In this document: positions 48,763-58,608 of the stretch, one piece after another
Layout of the letters: each line of letters begins with the position of its first letter
Position numbering within the stretch: the stretch's first letter is position 1
From: Actinomycetota bacterium
Lineage (GTDB): Bacteria > Actinomycetota > Geothermincolia > Geothermincolales > RBG-13-55-18
Length of the DNA stretch: 64,000 nucleotides
NCBI GenBank assembly: GCA_030019255.1
Contig: JASEFK010000001.1
Location: 25,012 to 89,011 of the forward strand
Direction of reading: 5' to 3'
Made by a program: the position numbers and the translations under genes
Notes under the pieces: generated by a model
Seen by the model: the letters and a program-made list of their open reading frames with translations, nothing else
What the model was told of the DNA's origin: nothing
Database searches by the model: none

Positions 48763-49743
48763 ATGAAGGTCTCGGAGAGCGGCGAGTTCGGCCTGATCGA
48801 CGCCCTGCGCCGCTTGCTGGAAGGAGCGGAGGGGGACCTGGTCTGCGGGGCGGGCGACGACGCCGCGGTATTCCGGGACAGCGCCGGCCGCCTGTGGGCC
48901 TATACCGCCGATGCCCTGGTGGAGGGGGTCCATTTCATGCCCGCCTATACCCCCTGGTATTCCCTGGGCTTCAAGGCCCTGGCCGTCAACCTCTCCGACC
49001 TGGCCGCCATGGGGGGAGGCGGACCCTCCTATGCCCTGGTGGTCCTGGGTTTGCGGGGTGAGGAGGAGGTCTCCCGGATGGAGGAGATGTACCGGGGGCT
49101 TTCGGACTGCGCCCGTCGTTTTTCCTGCCGGGTGGCGGGCGGGGACGTGGTGCATTCCCCGGAGAGGACTTTCCTGTCCGTTTCCCTGGTGGGAACCCTG
49201 GAGGGGGAAGGTTTTTTGGCCCGGAGCGGGGCACGCCCGGGACAGGCGGTGCTGATCACCGGGACCCTGGGAGATTCCTGGCTGGGACTGCAGTTGCTGA
49301 TGCGGGGGGGAGGGACGGATGACCCCTGCGCCCGGCGCCACCTCTATCCCGAGCCGCGCCTCGAGGAGGGGCTGGCGGCGTTCCGCCTGGGGGCCACGGC
49401 GGCCATCGACGTGAGCGACGGCCTCCTGCGTGACGCGGGGCACATCTGCGAGGAGAGCGGGGTGGGGATGGAGATATATATGGAAAGTATTCCCATCTCG
49501 GAGGACGCCCGCCGGCTGGCCGTGGAGCTGGGGATGGATCCCCTGCGGGCCGCCCTGGCCGGCGGGGAGGATTACGAGCTGGTCATCACGGTGGACGAGC
49601 GGCTGGCGCCGCTTTTAGCGGAGAAGCTCCCGGCCACGATCATCGGCCGGGTGACGGAGGGGGAAGGGGTGGTGCTGGTGGACGCGGAAGGCAGGCCTTT
49701 TGCAGCGCCGGAGACGGGCTATGAACATTTCCGGGAGGCATGA
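48763..49743 (+). CDS. thiL: Thiamine-phosphate kinase
   Basis: GEFGLI, GDDAA, EGVHF, NLSDLAAMG, DVSDGL, GGEDYEL. Confidence 0.95.
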   Translation: MKVSESGEFGLIDALRRLLEGAEGDLVCGAGDDAAVFRDSAGRLWAYTADALVEGVHFMPAYTPWYSLGFKALAVNLSDLAAMGGGGPSYALVVLGLRGEEEVSRMEEMYRGLSDCARRFSCRVAGGDVVHSPERTFLSVSLVGTLEGEGFLARSGARPGQAVLITGTLGDSWLGLQLLMRGGGTDDPCARRHLYPEPRLEEGLAAFRLGATAAIDVSDGLLRDAGHICEESGVGMEIYMESIPISEDARRLAVELGMDPLRAALAGGEDYELVITVDERLAPLLAEKLPATIIGRVTEGEGVVLVDAEGRPFAAPETGYEHFREA

Positions 49744-49762
49744 GGTGGCCGGACGGGGCGGG

Positions 49763-50620
49763 ATGGGAGAAGGGCGCGGGTCGATCCGGCCGGTGGCGCT
49801 GACCATCGCCGGCTCCGATTCCGGCGGGGGAGCGGGTATCCAGGCCGACCTAAAGACCTTCTTCGCCCTGGGCGTGCACGGCACCTGCGCTCTGACCAGC
49901 GTCACCTCCCAGAACACCTCAGGGGTGATCTCCCGTTTCGACCTCCCGGCGGAGGTGGTGGTCTCCCAGGTGGAGGCGGTGGCCTCCGACCTGGAGCCGG
50001 CGGCGGTGAAGACCGGGATGCTGGCCACCGCGGAGGTGGTCCGCGCGGTGGCCGGATTGGCGGAGAGTCTGGGATGGGAAAAACTGGTAGTCGACCCCGT
50101 GGTGATCTCATCCAGCGGCCACCCCCTGCTGGAGGATTCCGGTATAGGGGTTCTGCTCGAGAAGCTACTTCCGCGGTCCCTGGTCTTCACGCCCAACCTG
50201 GCGGAGGCTTCCCTTCTCACCGGCATTGATGTCGTGGGTCCCGGGGAGATGAGGAAAGCGGCCCGCATCCTGCATTCCCGCGGAGCCCGCACGGTGGTGG
50301 TTAAGGGAGGCCACCTGGGAGGGAACGAGGCGCTGGACGTCTTCTTCAATGGAAAGGATTACCATGAACTCAGGACTACAAGGGTGAACACCGCGGATGA
50401 CCATGGGACGGGTTGCGTCTTTTCGGCGGCCGTCGCCGCATACCTGGCCCTGGGCAGGGAACCCCTGGAGGCGGTACGCGGGGCCAAGGATTTCGTCACC
50501 CGCGCCCTTGCCCGTTCGCTCCGCCTGGGGAGGGGGAGGGGACCGGTAAACCCGGCCTGCGCGGCAGACACGGCCAACGGCGCATGGGTAAAGGATCGGG
50601 AGAGAAAGGAGGGGAGATGA
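49763..50620 (+). CDS. thiD: HMP/HMP-P kinase
   Basis: LTIAGSDSGGGAGIQADLKT, KTGML, VDPV, TPN..EA, KGGH, HGTGC. Confidence 0.95.
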   Translation: MGEGRGSIRPVALTIAGSDSGGGAGIQADLKTFFALGVHGTCALTSVTSQNTSGVISRFDLPAEVVVSQVEAVASDLEPAAVKTGMLATAEVVRAVAGLAESLGWEKLVVDPVVISSSGHPLLEDSGIGVLLEKLLPRSLVFTPNLAEASLLTGIDVVGPGEMRKAARILHSRGARTVVVKGGHLGGNEALDVFFNGKDYHELRTTRVNTADDHGTGCVFSAAVAAYLALGREPLEAVRGAKDFVTRALARSLRLGRGRGPVNPACAADTANGAWVKDRERKEGR

Positions 50621-51174
50621 GGATAGGCCTGGTCAGCGACACTCACGGCGATCCTGTCGCCTGGAGGAAAGCCATGGAACATCTGGGAGACTGCGAGCTC
50701 ATCCTCCACGCGGGGGACCACCTGTATCACGGGGCCTTCAACCCCGTCCTCCCCGAGTACGACCCCAGGGAGATGGCCAGGGAGTTTAACGAGTGTCCCG
50801 TCCCCATCCTGCACGCCCGCGGGAACTGCGATTCGGAGGTAGACCAAGCGGCCCTCCGCGACCCCATCCTCTCCCCTTACGTCGTCTGCCGGCTGGAGGG
50901 GATAAAGGTGATGCTCACCCACGGGGATGCCATGGGGGAGGAGGAGCTGGCGGAGATGGCCTCCAGGTACGGCATGGACCTCCTGGTGCGCGGGCACACC
51001 CACGTGCCCGGGATATGGGAACACGGCCCGCTCCTGGTGTGCAACCCGGGAAGCCCCTCTCTGCCCAAGGGGGAGGGCATACCCACGGTGGGGGTGCTGG
51101 AGGACGGGAAGGTCCATATACTGAACTTGCGGGACGGGACCGTGCTGGTGGAGAAGGGGTTCCCCGGGAAGTAA
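50617..51174 (+). CDS. YfcE/MJ0936-type metallophosphoesterase
   Basis: SDTHG, HAGD, RGNCD, THG, GHTH, NPGS. Confidence 0.9.
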   Translation: MRIGLVSDTHGDPVAWRKAMEHLGDCELILHAGDHLYHGAFNPVLPEYDPREMAREFNECPVPILHARGNCDSEVDQAALRDPILSPYVVCRLEGIKVMLTHGDAMGEEELAEMASRYGMDLLVRGHTHVPGIWEHGPLLVCNPGSPSLPKGEGIPTVGVLEDGKVHILNLRDGTVLVEKGFPGK

Positions 51175-51189
51175 GGCGGGGTTACCCAA

Positions 51190-51250
51190 GGGGGCCGGGG
51201 TTAATGGTCTCGCTCGCTGAAACGTTCGCTGCGACCAACCACCGGCCCCT
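51190..51250 (+). repeat. Hairpin repeat family, copy B
   Basis: AGGGGCCGG...CCGGCCCCT stem; core TGGTCTCGCTCGCTGAAACGTTCGCTGCGACCA. Confidence 0.85.
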
Positions 51251-51327
51251 GATGGGTGGGCCATCTTGTGATTGGTTGGCCATAGATCCATTCTTCCGAA
51301 AGGCCGGTAGGGTGCTTTTCCGGAAAG

Positions 51328-51384
51328 CCGGTGGTAGTGGTCTCGCTCGCTGAAACGCTCGCTGCGGTCGACCACGCCGCCCGG
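51328..51384 (+). repeat. Hairpin repeat family, copy C
   Basis: Core TGGTCTCGCTCGCTGAAACGCTCGCTGCG at 51338-51366, CCGG ends. Confidence 0.75.
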
Positions 51385-51498
51385 TCGTAGTCTTCAACCC
51401 TCCTTACCTGCCGGGACGGAAATGCTTGTCCGGGGTGGTTTGTGGCAGAATTGGAGATACGATTGGCGGGTCAGCGAAACGGCCTAGGGTGGTGCGAG

Positions 51499-52473
51499 AT
51501 GGACCTGAACGTTGATGCGGCTGCCTTGAGGGAGTTCGAGGAAGGGCTGGACCCGAGGCGGCCGGAGGCGGGTCGGATACCGGCCCGCATACCGGGATAC
51601 GGGGAGATAAGCACTGTCTTCGAGATCCAGGCGGAGGGGCTGAAGGGGCTGGCCGTAAAGCGCATGCCCATCTTCAGGGACCGGGAGGAGATAGACTCCT
51701 ACCGCCGGATCTACCTGGAATACAACCGCCTCCTTAAAGAGGAGGTGGGGTTGGAGCTGCCGGCTTACGGGTAAGCGGAGGTGATCACCTCCGGCGGCCG
51801 CCCCGTATTTTATATCCTCCAGGAGAAGGTTCCCCCGGAGTCCATAGGCAACCAGGCCATCCATGCGCTGGACCGGGAGGGGGTGATCGGACTGGTGCGC
51901 CTGGTTCTGCGGGAGCTGCGCAAGGTATGGGACTTCAACCGGAAGCGGGAGGGCCTGGAGGTGGCCGTGGACGGCCAGATATCCAACTGGTCCCTCGTGG
52001 GGTTCGACCCCTGGGATCCGCGCCTGGAGCCCGGCATGCGCCTGCTCTACCTGGATACCAGCACGCCGCTTTTCCGGGTGGAGGGGGTGGAGCAGCTGGA
52101 CCCCGAGCTCTTCCTGCGCAGCGCCCCCTCCTTCCTGGTGTGGATAATCCGCCTCCTCTTCCTGGAGGACGTCATGACCCGCTATTAACGTTTCCGTTCC
52201 GTGACCATCGATCTCATCGCCAATTTCTACAAGGAACAGCGGGCGGAGCTCATCCCCGACCTGGTGGAGGAGGCCAACCGGTTCTTCGCCGAGGAGACCC
52301 CCGACCTGGGGGTCGAACCCATAAGCGTGAAGGAGGTGGATTCCTATTACCGGGAGGACGCCCTGATCTGGTCCCTCTACCTGAACCTCAGGCGGCTGGA
52401 CCGTTTCCTGCGCACCCGCTTGCTGAGGCGGGATTATCCCTAAATACTCCCGGAGAGGATAAAGAGGAAATAG
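51499..52473 (+). pseudogene. Kinase-like (DUF6206-like) reading frame interrupted by three in-frame TAA codons
   Basis: ORF-track pieces 51442, 51781 and 52201 share one frame; TAA at 51772-51774, 52186-52188, 52441-52443; terminal TAG at 52471; motifs GYGEISTVF, AVKRMP, YILQE, DGQISNW, YLDTSTP. Confidence 0.8.
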
Positions 52474-52675
52474 CGCGAAATCTTCGGCACTGCGGCCGGC
52501 TTTTCATTAAGGCGAGTGCTATTCCGGTCGACGGTGAAAAAAGGGGAGGTCGGGGAGGGGACCGGCGGAAACGATCGATAGTGCGACAAGCAAGTACCCT
52601 AGGCGGCGGAGGCGAACATCCATGGCGGCGGAAGTACACGCAACCGCAGCCGGGAAAGGAGGGAGGTGAGGCTCA

Positions 52676-53939
52676 ATGTCCCTGGTCGGCCGGGACGAGA
52701 AGGAGAAAATAATCGAGAGGTTCGCCCGCCACGTATCCAGCGGCAAGGCCAGGTTCTTCCGGAAGGCGGGCATTGATTTTATCTTCGAGCGCCGCGAGGG
52801 TATCTACATCTGGGACCTGGAAGGCAACCGGTTGATAAACTGCCACTGCAAAGGGGGTCTTCAACCTGGGTCACCGTCATCCCCGCATCGTGGCCGTCCT
52901 CCGTGAGGCCTTGGAGGAGCTGGACATCGGCAATCACCACCTCATCTCCGAGCACCGCGCTCTCCTGGCCGAGCGGCTGGCGGAGCTCTCGCCGGGGGAC
53001 CTCAACCGGGTGGTATTCGGCGTGGGGGGAGGGGAGGCGGTGGACACGGCCATCAAACTGGCCCGGGCGCATACCGGCAGGCCGGGCGTCATCTCCGCCC
53101 GGGGAGGGTATCACGGGCACACCGGGTTCGCCCTGGCTGCGGGGGATCCCAAGTACAGCGACCCCTTTCGGCCCTTGCCTCCTGGATTCCGGCAGGTGCC
53201 TTTCGGTGCTCTCGCTGCCCTGGAGGAGGCCATGGACGAGACCGTGGCCGGGGTTATCTTCGAGACCATCCCCGCCACCCTGGGGATAGTCATCCCTCCC
53301 GAGGACTATTTCGCCGGGGTGAGGGAAATCTGCGACCGGTACGGTGCGGTGATGATCATAGACGAGGTCCAGGCGGGCCTGGGTCGCTGCGGGGAGGTGT
53401 GGGGTATCGATACCTTCGGGGTGGCCCCGGACATACTGGTCACGGCCAAGGGCCTCTCCGGGGGCGTCTACCCCATCGCCGCCAACGTCTACGCCGACCG
53501 CCTGAATCCCTTCCTGGACGCCAACCCCTTCATACACGTCTCCACCTTCGGGGGGTCCGAGGTGGGCTGCCACGTGGCCCTTGAGGTGCTGAAGATAGTC
53601 ACCGAGGAGGGGTTCCTGGAGCATGTGCGGGAGCTGGCCGCGGTTTTCGAAAGGGGATTCGGAGAACTGCGCGCCGCGCACCCGGAGGTGCTGGTGGAGA
53701 CCAGGCAGAGGGGCCTGATGATGGGCCTGAGGATGGTGAACGAAACCTGCGGCCCGCTGATGACCCTGGCCGGGTTCCGGCACGGCGTGCTCACCATCTA
53801 CGCCAACAACGACCCCTCGGTGAGCCAGATACTGCCGCCCCTGGTCATGGAGGTGGGAGAGGCGGAGACGGTCATCGAGGCCCTGGACGGCATGCTCTCC
53901 GAGGTGGAAAAGGTGGTCGGCGCCTCCTCAGGAGGATAA
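52676..53939 (+). pseudogene. Class III PLP aminotransferase with a frameshift near 52850-52858
   Basis: Frame A ...WDLEGNRLINCHC; frame B continues VFNLGHRHP...GGGEAVDTA, GGYHG, IFETIP, IIDEVQAGLGR, VTAKGLSGG; break at AAA-GGGGG. Confidence 0.85.
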
Positions 53940-53993
53940 AGGCAACCCCCTGAGGTAATCGGGGTGTGGAGCGAAGAAAACGGTCGGCGGCTC

Positions 53994-54182
53994 TCAGTGA
54001 CGGGTGACCTTGCCCGCCTTCATGCACTTGGTGCACACGTTCATGTGCGCGGGCTTACCGTCCACCACCACGCGTATCCTCTGGACGTTGGGGTTCCAGC
54101 GGCGCTTGGTCTTGCGGTGGGAATGGCTTATGTTGAACCCGAACCCGGGCCGTTTACCGCATATCTCGCATACTCTGGACAT
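53994..54182 (-). CDS. rpmB: 50S ribosomal protein L28 (Zn-binding form)
   Basis: MSRVCEICGK...SHSHRKTKRRWNPNVQ...VCTKC. Confidence 0.97.
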   Translation of the reverse strand: MSRVCEICGKRPGFGFNISHSHRKTKRRWNPNVQRIRVVVDGKPAHMNVCTKCMKAGKVTRH

Positions 54183-54282
54183 GTCAACCTCCTCCGAACA
54201 TTCGGGTGTATGTTACCAGAAGTGTTTTCTGCGGGCAACCCGAACGCCTTCCCGAGGCGCCTGGTTGCCGGTCATAGCCGGT

Positions 54283-54291
54283 TGCTATAAT
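54283..54291 (+). promoter_or_regulatory. Extended -10 promoter for the asp23-DAK2-recG genes
   Basis: TGcTATAAT. Confidence 0.6.
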
Positions 54292-54326
54292 CATACCGTT
54301 CCGGCCGGGAAGCATGGAGGAAGAGG

Positions 54327-54683
54327 TTGAGGGAAGAGACTGCAGCCGGAGAGCTGGGAAAGATTACCATCAAGGACGAGGTCTTGGCCGACCTCGCCGG
54401 CCTCACCTGCACGCGCTGCTATGGCATCGTGGGGATGGCCAGCCAGAGCTTCCACGAGGGAGTGGCCGAACTCCTGGGAAAGGAGTCCCTACGCAAGGGA
54501 GTGCGCCTCAAGCGCCGGGAGGACGCCGTGAGCTTCGACCTTTACGTGATAGTCAAGGCGGGCCTGAACATCGTGGAGGTGGCCCACAACCTCATCGAGC
54601 AGGTGAGGTACGTGGTGGAGACCTGCACCGGGCTGAAGGTGGAGGACGTTCAGGTCCACGTGCAGGGCGTGCGCGAGTCCTGA
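54327..54683 (+). CDS. Asp23/Gls24 family protein (YloU-like)
   Basis: GKITIKDEVLADLAG...CYGIVGM, DLYVIV, VHVQGV; conserved position before the DAK2 gene. Confidence 0.9.
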   Translation: MREETAAGELGKITIKDEVLADLAGLTCTRCYGIVGMASQSFHEGVAELLGKESLRKGVRLKRREDAVSFDLYVIVKAGLNIVEVAHNLIEQVRYVVETCTGLKVEDVQVHVQGVRES

Positions 54684-54700
54684 GCTCGGGGGTGTGAAGC

Positions 54701-56302
54701 TTGGTGGAGAGGTTGCACGCCGGGGACCTCGTGGGCATGGTGGACGCCGCCATCGATGCCCTGCGGGTGCACAAGGAAGAGATAAACGCCATGAACGTCT
54801 TCCCCGTTCCCGACGGGGACACGGGCACCAACATGCTCCTCACCATGCAGGCGGTGAAGGAGGCCGTGGGTGGAGCCGACCACCAGGATATGGCCTCCAT
54901 ATGCCGGGCCATCTCCAGGGGTTCCCTCATGGGGGCGCGGGGCAACTCCGGGGTGGTGCTCTCCCAGATCCTCAAGGGGATGACCGAGGTCATGGAGGAC
55001 AAGGAGAGCCTGGACGTGGAGACCATGGCCGAGGCCCTTTCCCGCGGCGCCGAGGTGGCCTACCGCGCGGTCATGAAGCCCGTTGAGGGCACCATCCTCA
55101 CCGTGGTGAAGGCGGCCTCCGACGAGGGGAAGAGGATCAAGGACGGCTGTTCCTCGCTCGAGGAATGGCTTTCCGGCGTAACCCGCAAGGCCAAGGAGGC
55201 CCTGGACCAGACCCCGGAGCTACTCCCGGTCCTCAAGGAGGCGGGAGTTGTGGACGCCGGAGGGCGAGGGCTTCTGGCCATCTTCGAGGGTTTCCTGGCC
55301 TTCCTCACCGGGGAGGAACTGGGGGAGATCGAGGAGGTGGAGCAGGCCGGCCTTCCCTCCGGGGCGCGGGTGGAGGATTTTCGCTACGAGGCCCAGTTCA
55401 TCCTGCACTGCAAGGATTCCAGGGTGGAGAAGTTCCGCGAAACCCTGCACCGCCTGGGCGGATCGGTGCTGGTGGTGGGAGGAGATAAGCTCTACCGGGT
55501 GCACGTGCACACCGACCAGCTGGGAAGGGTCATCGAGGAGGCCTCCAGGGTGGGCCGCCTGAGCGACGTGGAGATAACCGACCTGCGCGAACAGGTGGAG
55601 GAAACCGGGATACGCGGGGCGGCTTCGGAGAGGCGGACGGCCGCCGTGGAGAAGCAGGTGGGCGTGGTGGCGGTGGCGGTGGGAGAGGGCATCAAGGACG
55701 TCCTGCGTTCCATGGGAGTGGACCGCATCGTGGACGGCGGGCAGTCCATGAACCCCAGCACCGCCGAGCTGCTGGAGGCCGTGGACGCCCTTCCCCAGGA
55801 CCGCGTGCTCCTCATCCCCAACAACCGGAACATCATACCTGCCGCGGAGCAGACCAGGTCCCTGACCGCCAAGGAGGTGGCGGTCATCCCGGCCACGGCC
55901 ATAACCGAAGGTTTCGCGGCCATGGTGGCTTTCGATCCCCGCGCCGGGTGGGAGGAGAACCGGAGGCGCATGACCGAGGCCCTGAAGAGCGTCCGGACAG
56001 GAGCGCTGACCACCGCGGTACGCGACAGCAGGTGCGGCCTGGGGAAGATCAAGAAGGGCAACTATATCGGGCTCTTCCGAGGGGAGATAGTCTCCAAGTC
56101 GGAGGATCTGAAGGAAGCGGCCCTGCTTCTCCTGCGGAAGATGACTGAGGAGGGCGGGGAGATAGCCACCGTCATCGTCGGCGAGGGGGCCGCGGGCAGG
56201 GACCAGGGGGATATCGTCCGCTTCCTGGAGGACAAGGGCCTGGAGGTGGAGGTCATCGACGGGGGGCAGCCCGTCTACCATTACATCTTCGGGCTGGAGT
56301 GA
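54701..56302 (+). CDS. fakA: DAK2-domain fatty acid kinase subunit A (YloV/FakA)
   Basis: INAMNVFPVPDGDTGTNM, GARGNSG, PVEGTILTV, VVDAGG, VHVHT, GGQSMNPST, GGQPVYHY. Confidence 0.92.
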   Translation: MVERLHAGDLVGMVDAAIDALRVHKEEINAMNVFPVPDGDTGTNMLLTMQAVKEAVGGADHQDMASICRAISRGSLMGARGNSGVVLSQILKGMTEVMEDKESLDVETMAEALSRGAEVAYRAVMKPVEGTILTVVKAASDEGKRIKDGCSSLEEWLSGVTRKAKEALDQTPELLPVLKEAGVVDAGGRGLLAIFEGFLAFLTGEELGEIEEVEQAGLPSGARVEDFRYEAQFILHCKDSRVEKFRETLHRLGGSVLVVGGDKLYRVHVHTDQLGRVIEEASRVGRLSDVEITDLREQVEETGIRGAASERRTAAVEKQVGVVAVAVGEGIKDVLRSMGVDRIVDGGQSMNPSTAELLEAVDALPQDRVLLIPNNRNIIPAAEQTRSLTAKEVAVIPATAITEGFAAMVAFDPRAGWEENRRRMTEALKSVRTGALTTAVRDSRCGLGKIKKGNYIGLFRGEIVSKSEDLKEAALLLLRKMTEEGGEIATVIVGEGAAGRDQGDIVRFLEDKGLEVEVIDGGQPVYHYIFGLE

Positions 56303-58473
56303 CGCGGTCCTCGTACCGCGGAGGAGGCGGTTTCCGGAAAGTGACCTCCACGGGCAACAGGGCGGATAGAAGGGCGGAGGAGCTGGCCGCGTGCTGGGAA
56401 TCCCTTCGCCGTCCGGTTACCGCGGTGCGCGGGGTTGGATCCAGCCTTCTGCGGCAGCTGCGAGCCCTGGAGATCGAGACCGTCGAGGATCTACTCTTCC
56501 ATTTTCCCCGCCGTTACCTGGACCGGCGGAGGATATCGCGCATTTCCGAGGTCCGCATAGGCGAGGAGGCCACGGTGGTGGGAAGGGTGCGGTCCGTGGA
56601 GCTGCGCCGCCCGGACCCGCGCCGCTCGGTGCTCAGCGTGGTCCTCTACGACGGAACGGCTTACCTCTACGGGGTGTGGTTCAACCAGCCCTACCAGGCG
56701 GAGCGGCTCACCCCGGGCACGGAGGTGGTCTTCTCCGGAAAAGTACAGTACCGCTTCGGGAGGCTGCAGATGATCAACCCCGCCTACGACATCCTCGAGG
56801 ATTCGGACGAGGTGAGCGCCAGGACCGTGCACACGGCGCGCATCATACCGCTACACCCGGCCACCCAGAAGCTAAGTGCGGCCATGCTGCGGCGCCTGGT
56901 CATGCGCGCCCTGGACCAGTACGGCGACCTTCCCGACCCGGTGCCCTACGAGCTGCGGCGCCGCTACGCCTACCCCCACCGTTCCCAGGCCCTGAGGGAG
57001 ATACATTTTCCCAGTTCGCAGGGGAGGCTGAACCGCGCCCGCCAGCGCATGGCCTACGAGGAGCTCCTGCTCATGCAGGTGGCCCTGGCTCTCAACCGCC
57101 GTCACCTGCGCGAGGAGACCAGGGGGATAGCCCACGCCCCGCCCGGAGCCCTGATAGGCGGCTTCCTGGAAGCCCTGCCCTTCCACCTCACCTCCTCGCA
57201 GAGGAGGGCTTTCGAAGAGATCGCCCGGGACATGGTGAGCCCCCGACCCATGAACCGCCTCCTGCAGGGGGAGGTGGGCTCGGGGAAGACGGTGGTGGCC
57301 CTCCTGGCCCTTTTGCTCACCCGGGAGAGCGGTCACCAGGGCGTGTTCATGGCTCCCACGGAGATCCTGGCCGAACAGCATTTCCGCAACCTCACCCAGC
57401 TTCTGCCCGAAGAACTGCAGGTGCGCGTGGAGCTGCTCACGGGCAGCACCCCGCCCGCGCGACGGCGGGAGATACTGCGGGCCGCTTCCACGGGGGAGCT
57501 GGACATCCTGGTGGGTACCCACGCCCTCATCCAGGAGGACGTGGAGTTCCAAGACCTGGGCCTGGTGGTGGTGGACGAGCAGCACCGCTTCGGGCTGCGC
57601 CAGAGGATACTTCTCAAGGAAAAGGGAGCGCACCCGGATACCCTGATCATGACCGCAACTCCCATACCCCGCACCCTGAGCCTCACTCTCTACGGGGACT
57701 TGGAGGTGTCCGTCCTGCGCGAGCTTCCGGCCGGAAGGGCCGGAACCCGGACCCTGGTCATGGGCCCGGAGCGGAGGGAGGAGGCCTACCGGCTCATGGA
57801 GGAGGAGCTGCGTCGGGGAAGGCAGGCCTTCGTGGTCTGTCCCCTAGTGGACCCCTCGCCCGCCGTGGAGGCCAAAGCGGCGGAGAAGGAAGCCGGCGAG
57901 CTGCGGAAGGTCTTCCCCGCCCGCCGGGTGGGGCTGCTGCATGGGCAGATGAACAAGGCGGAGAAGGACGCGGTCATGGAGTCCTTCCGGCGGGGGGACG
58001 TGGACATCCTGGTATCCACCACGGTCATCGAGGTGGGAATCGACGTGCCCAACGCCACGGTGATGCTGGTGGAGAACGCGGACCGCTTCGGCCTCTCCCA
58101 GCTTCACCAGCTCCGGGGAAGGGTGGGGAGGGGGGAGCATCCTTCCCACTGCATCTTCATCTTTGAGGGGGAGACCGAGGAAGCGGAGAGGCGCATGAAG
58201 GCCATAGCGGAGATAAGCGACGGCTTCGAGCTGGCGGAGGCGGACCTGGAGATCCGCGGGGAAGGCTCCCTCTTCGGCACCCGGCAGTCCGGGATCTCCG
58301 ACCTCCGGGTGGCCCGGCTTACCAAGGATTACCATATACTCCGTGCGGCGCGCGAGGACGCCACGGCCCTGGTGGAGAACGACCCCCACCTGGAGAGGCC
58401 CGAACACCTCTTCCTGCGGCGGGAGGTAAGAGAACGCTACGGGGAAAGCCTGGGCTGGCTCTTCCAGGCTTGA
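56299..58473 (+). CDS. recG: ATP-dependent DNA helicase RecG
   Basis: QGEVGSGKT, PTEILAEQH, DEQHRFG, MTATPIPR, LHQLRGRVGRG. Confidence 0.97.
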   Translation: MTRSSYRGGGGFRKVTSTGNRADRRAEELAACWESLRRPVTAVRGVGSSLLRQLRALEIETVEDLLFHFPRRYLDRRRISRISEVRIGEEATVVGRVRSVELRRPDPRRSVLSVVLYDGTAYLYGVWFNQPYQAERLTPGTEVVFSGKVQYRFGRLQMINPAYDILEDSDEVSARTVHTARIIPLHPATQKLSAAMLRRLVMRALDQYGDLPDPVPYELRRRYAYPHRSQALREIHFPSSQGRLNRARQRMAYEELLLMQVALALNRRHLREETRGIAHAPPGALIGGFLEALPFHLTSSQRRAFEEIARDMVSPRPMNRLLQGEVGSGKTVVALLALLLTRESGHQGVFMAPTEILAEQHFRNLTQLLPEELQVRVELLTGSTPPARRREILRAASTGELDILVGTHALIQEDVEFQDLGLVVVDEQHRFGLRQRILLKEKGAHPDTLIMTATPIPRTLSLTLYGDLEVSVLRELPAGRAGTRTLVMGPERREEAYRLMEEELRRGRQAFVVCPLVDPSPAVEAKAAEKEAGELRKVFPARRVGLLHGQMNKAEKDAVMESFRRGDVDILVSTTVIEVGIDVPNATVMLVENADRFGLSQLHQLRGRVGRGEHPSHCIFIFEGETEEAERRMKAIAEISDGFELAEADLEIRGEGSLFGTRQSGISDLRVARLTKDYHILRAAREDATALVENDPHLERPEHLFLRREVRERYGESLGWLFQA

Positions 58474-58608
58474 CCTTAGGCGCGGCGGGCGGTTCGGGCG
58501 TTGCGGCGCGGAAGCGGACCGTGCCGGGCCTACTTGAGGTGCGACCTTCGTCCATCGCGGCGCTTTCCCAGGCGCGCCCTCCGCTGCGGCATGGGATACA
58601 ATCGGGGC

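Noticed and set aside
51499-52473. Genome-wide TAA reassignment or pyrrolysine/selenocysteine recoding
   Set aside because: TAA terminates many intact genes in the window; Pyl uses TAG and Sec uses TGA
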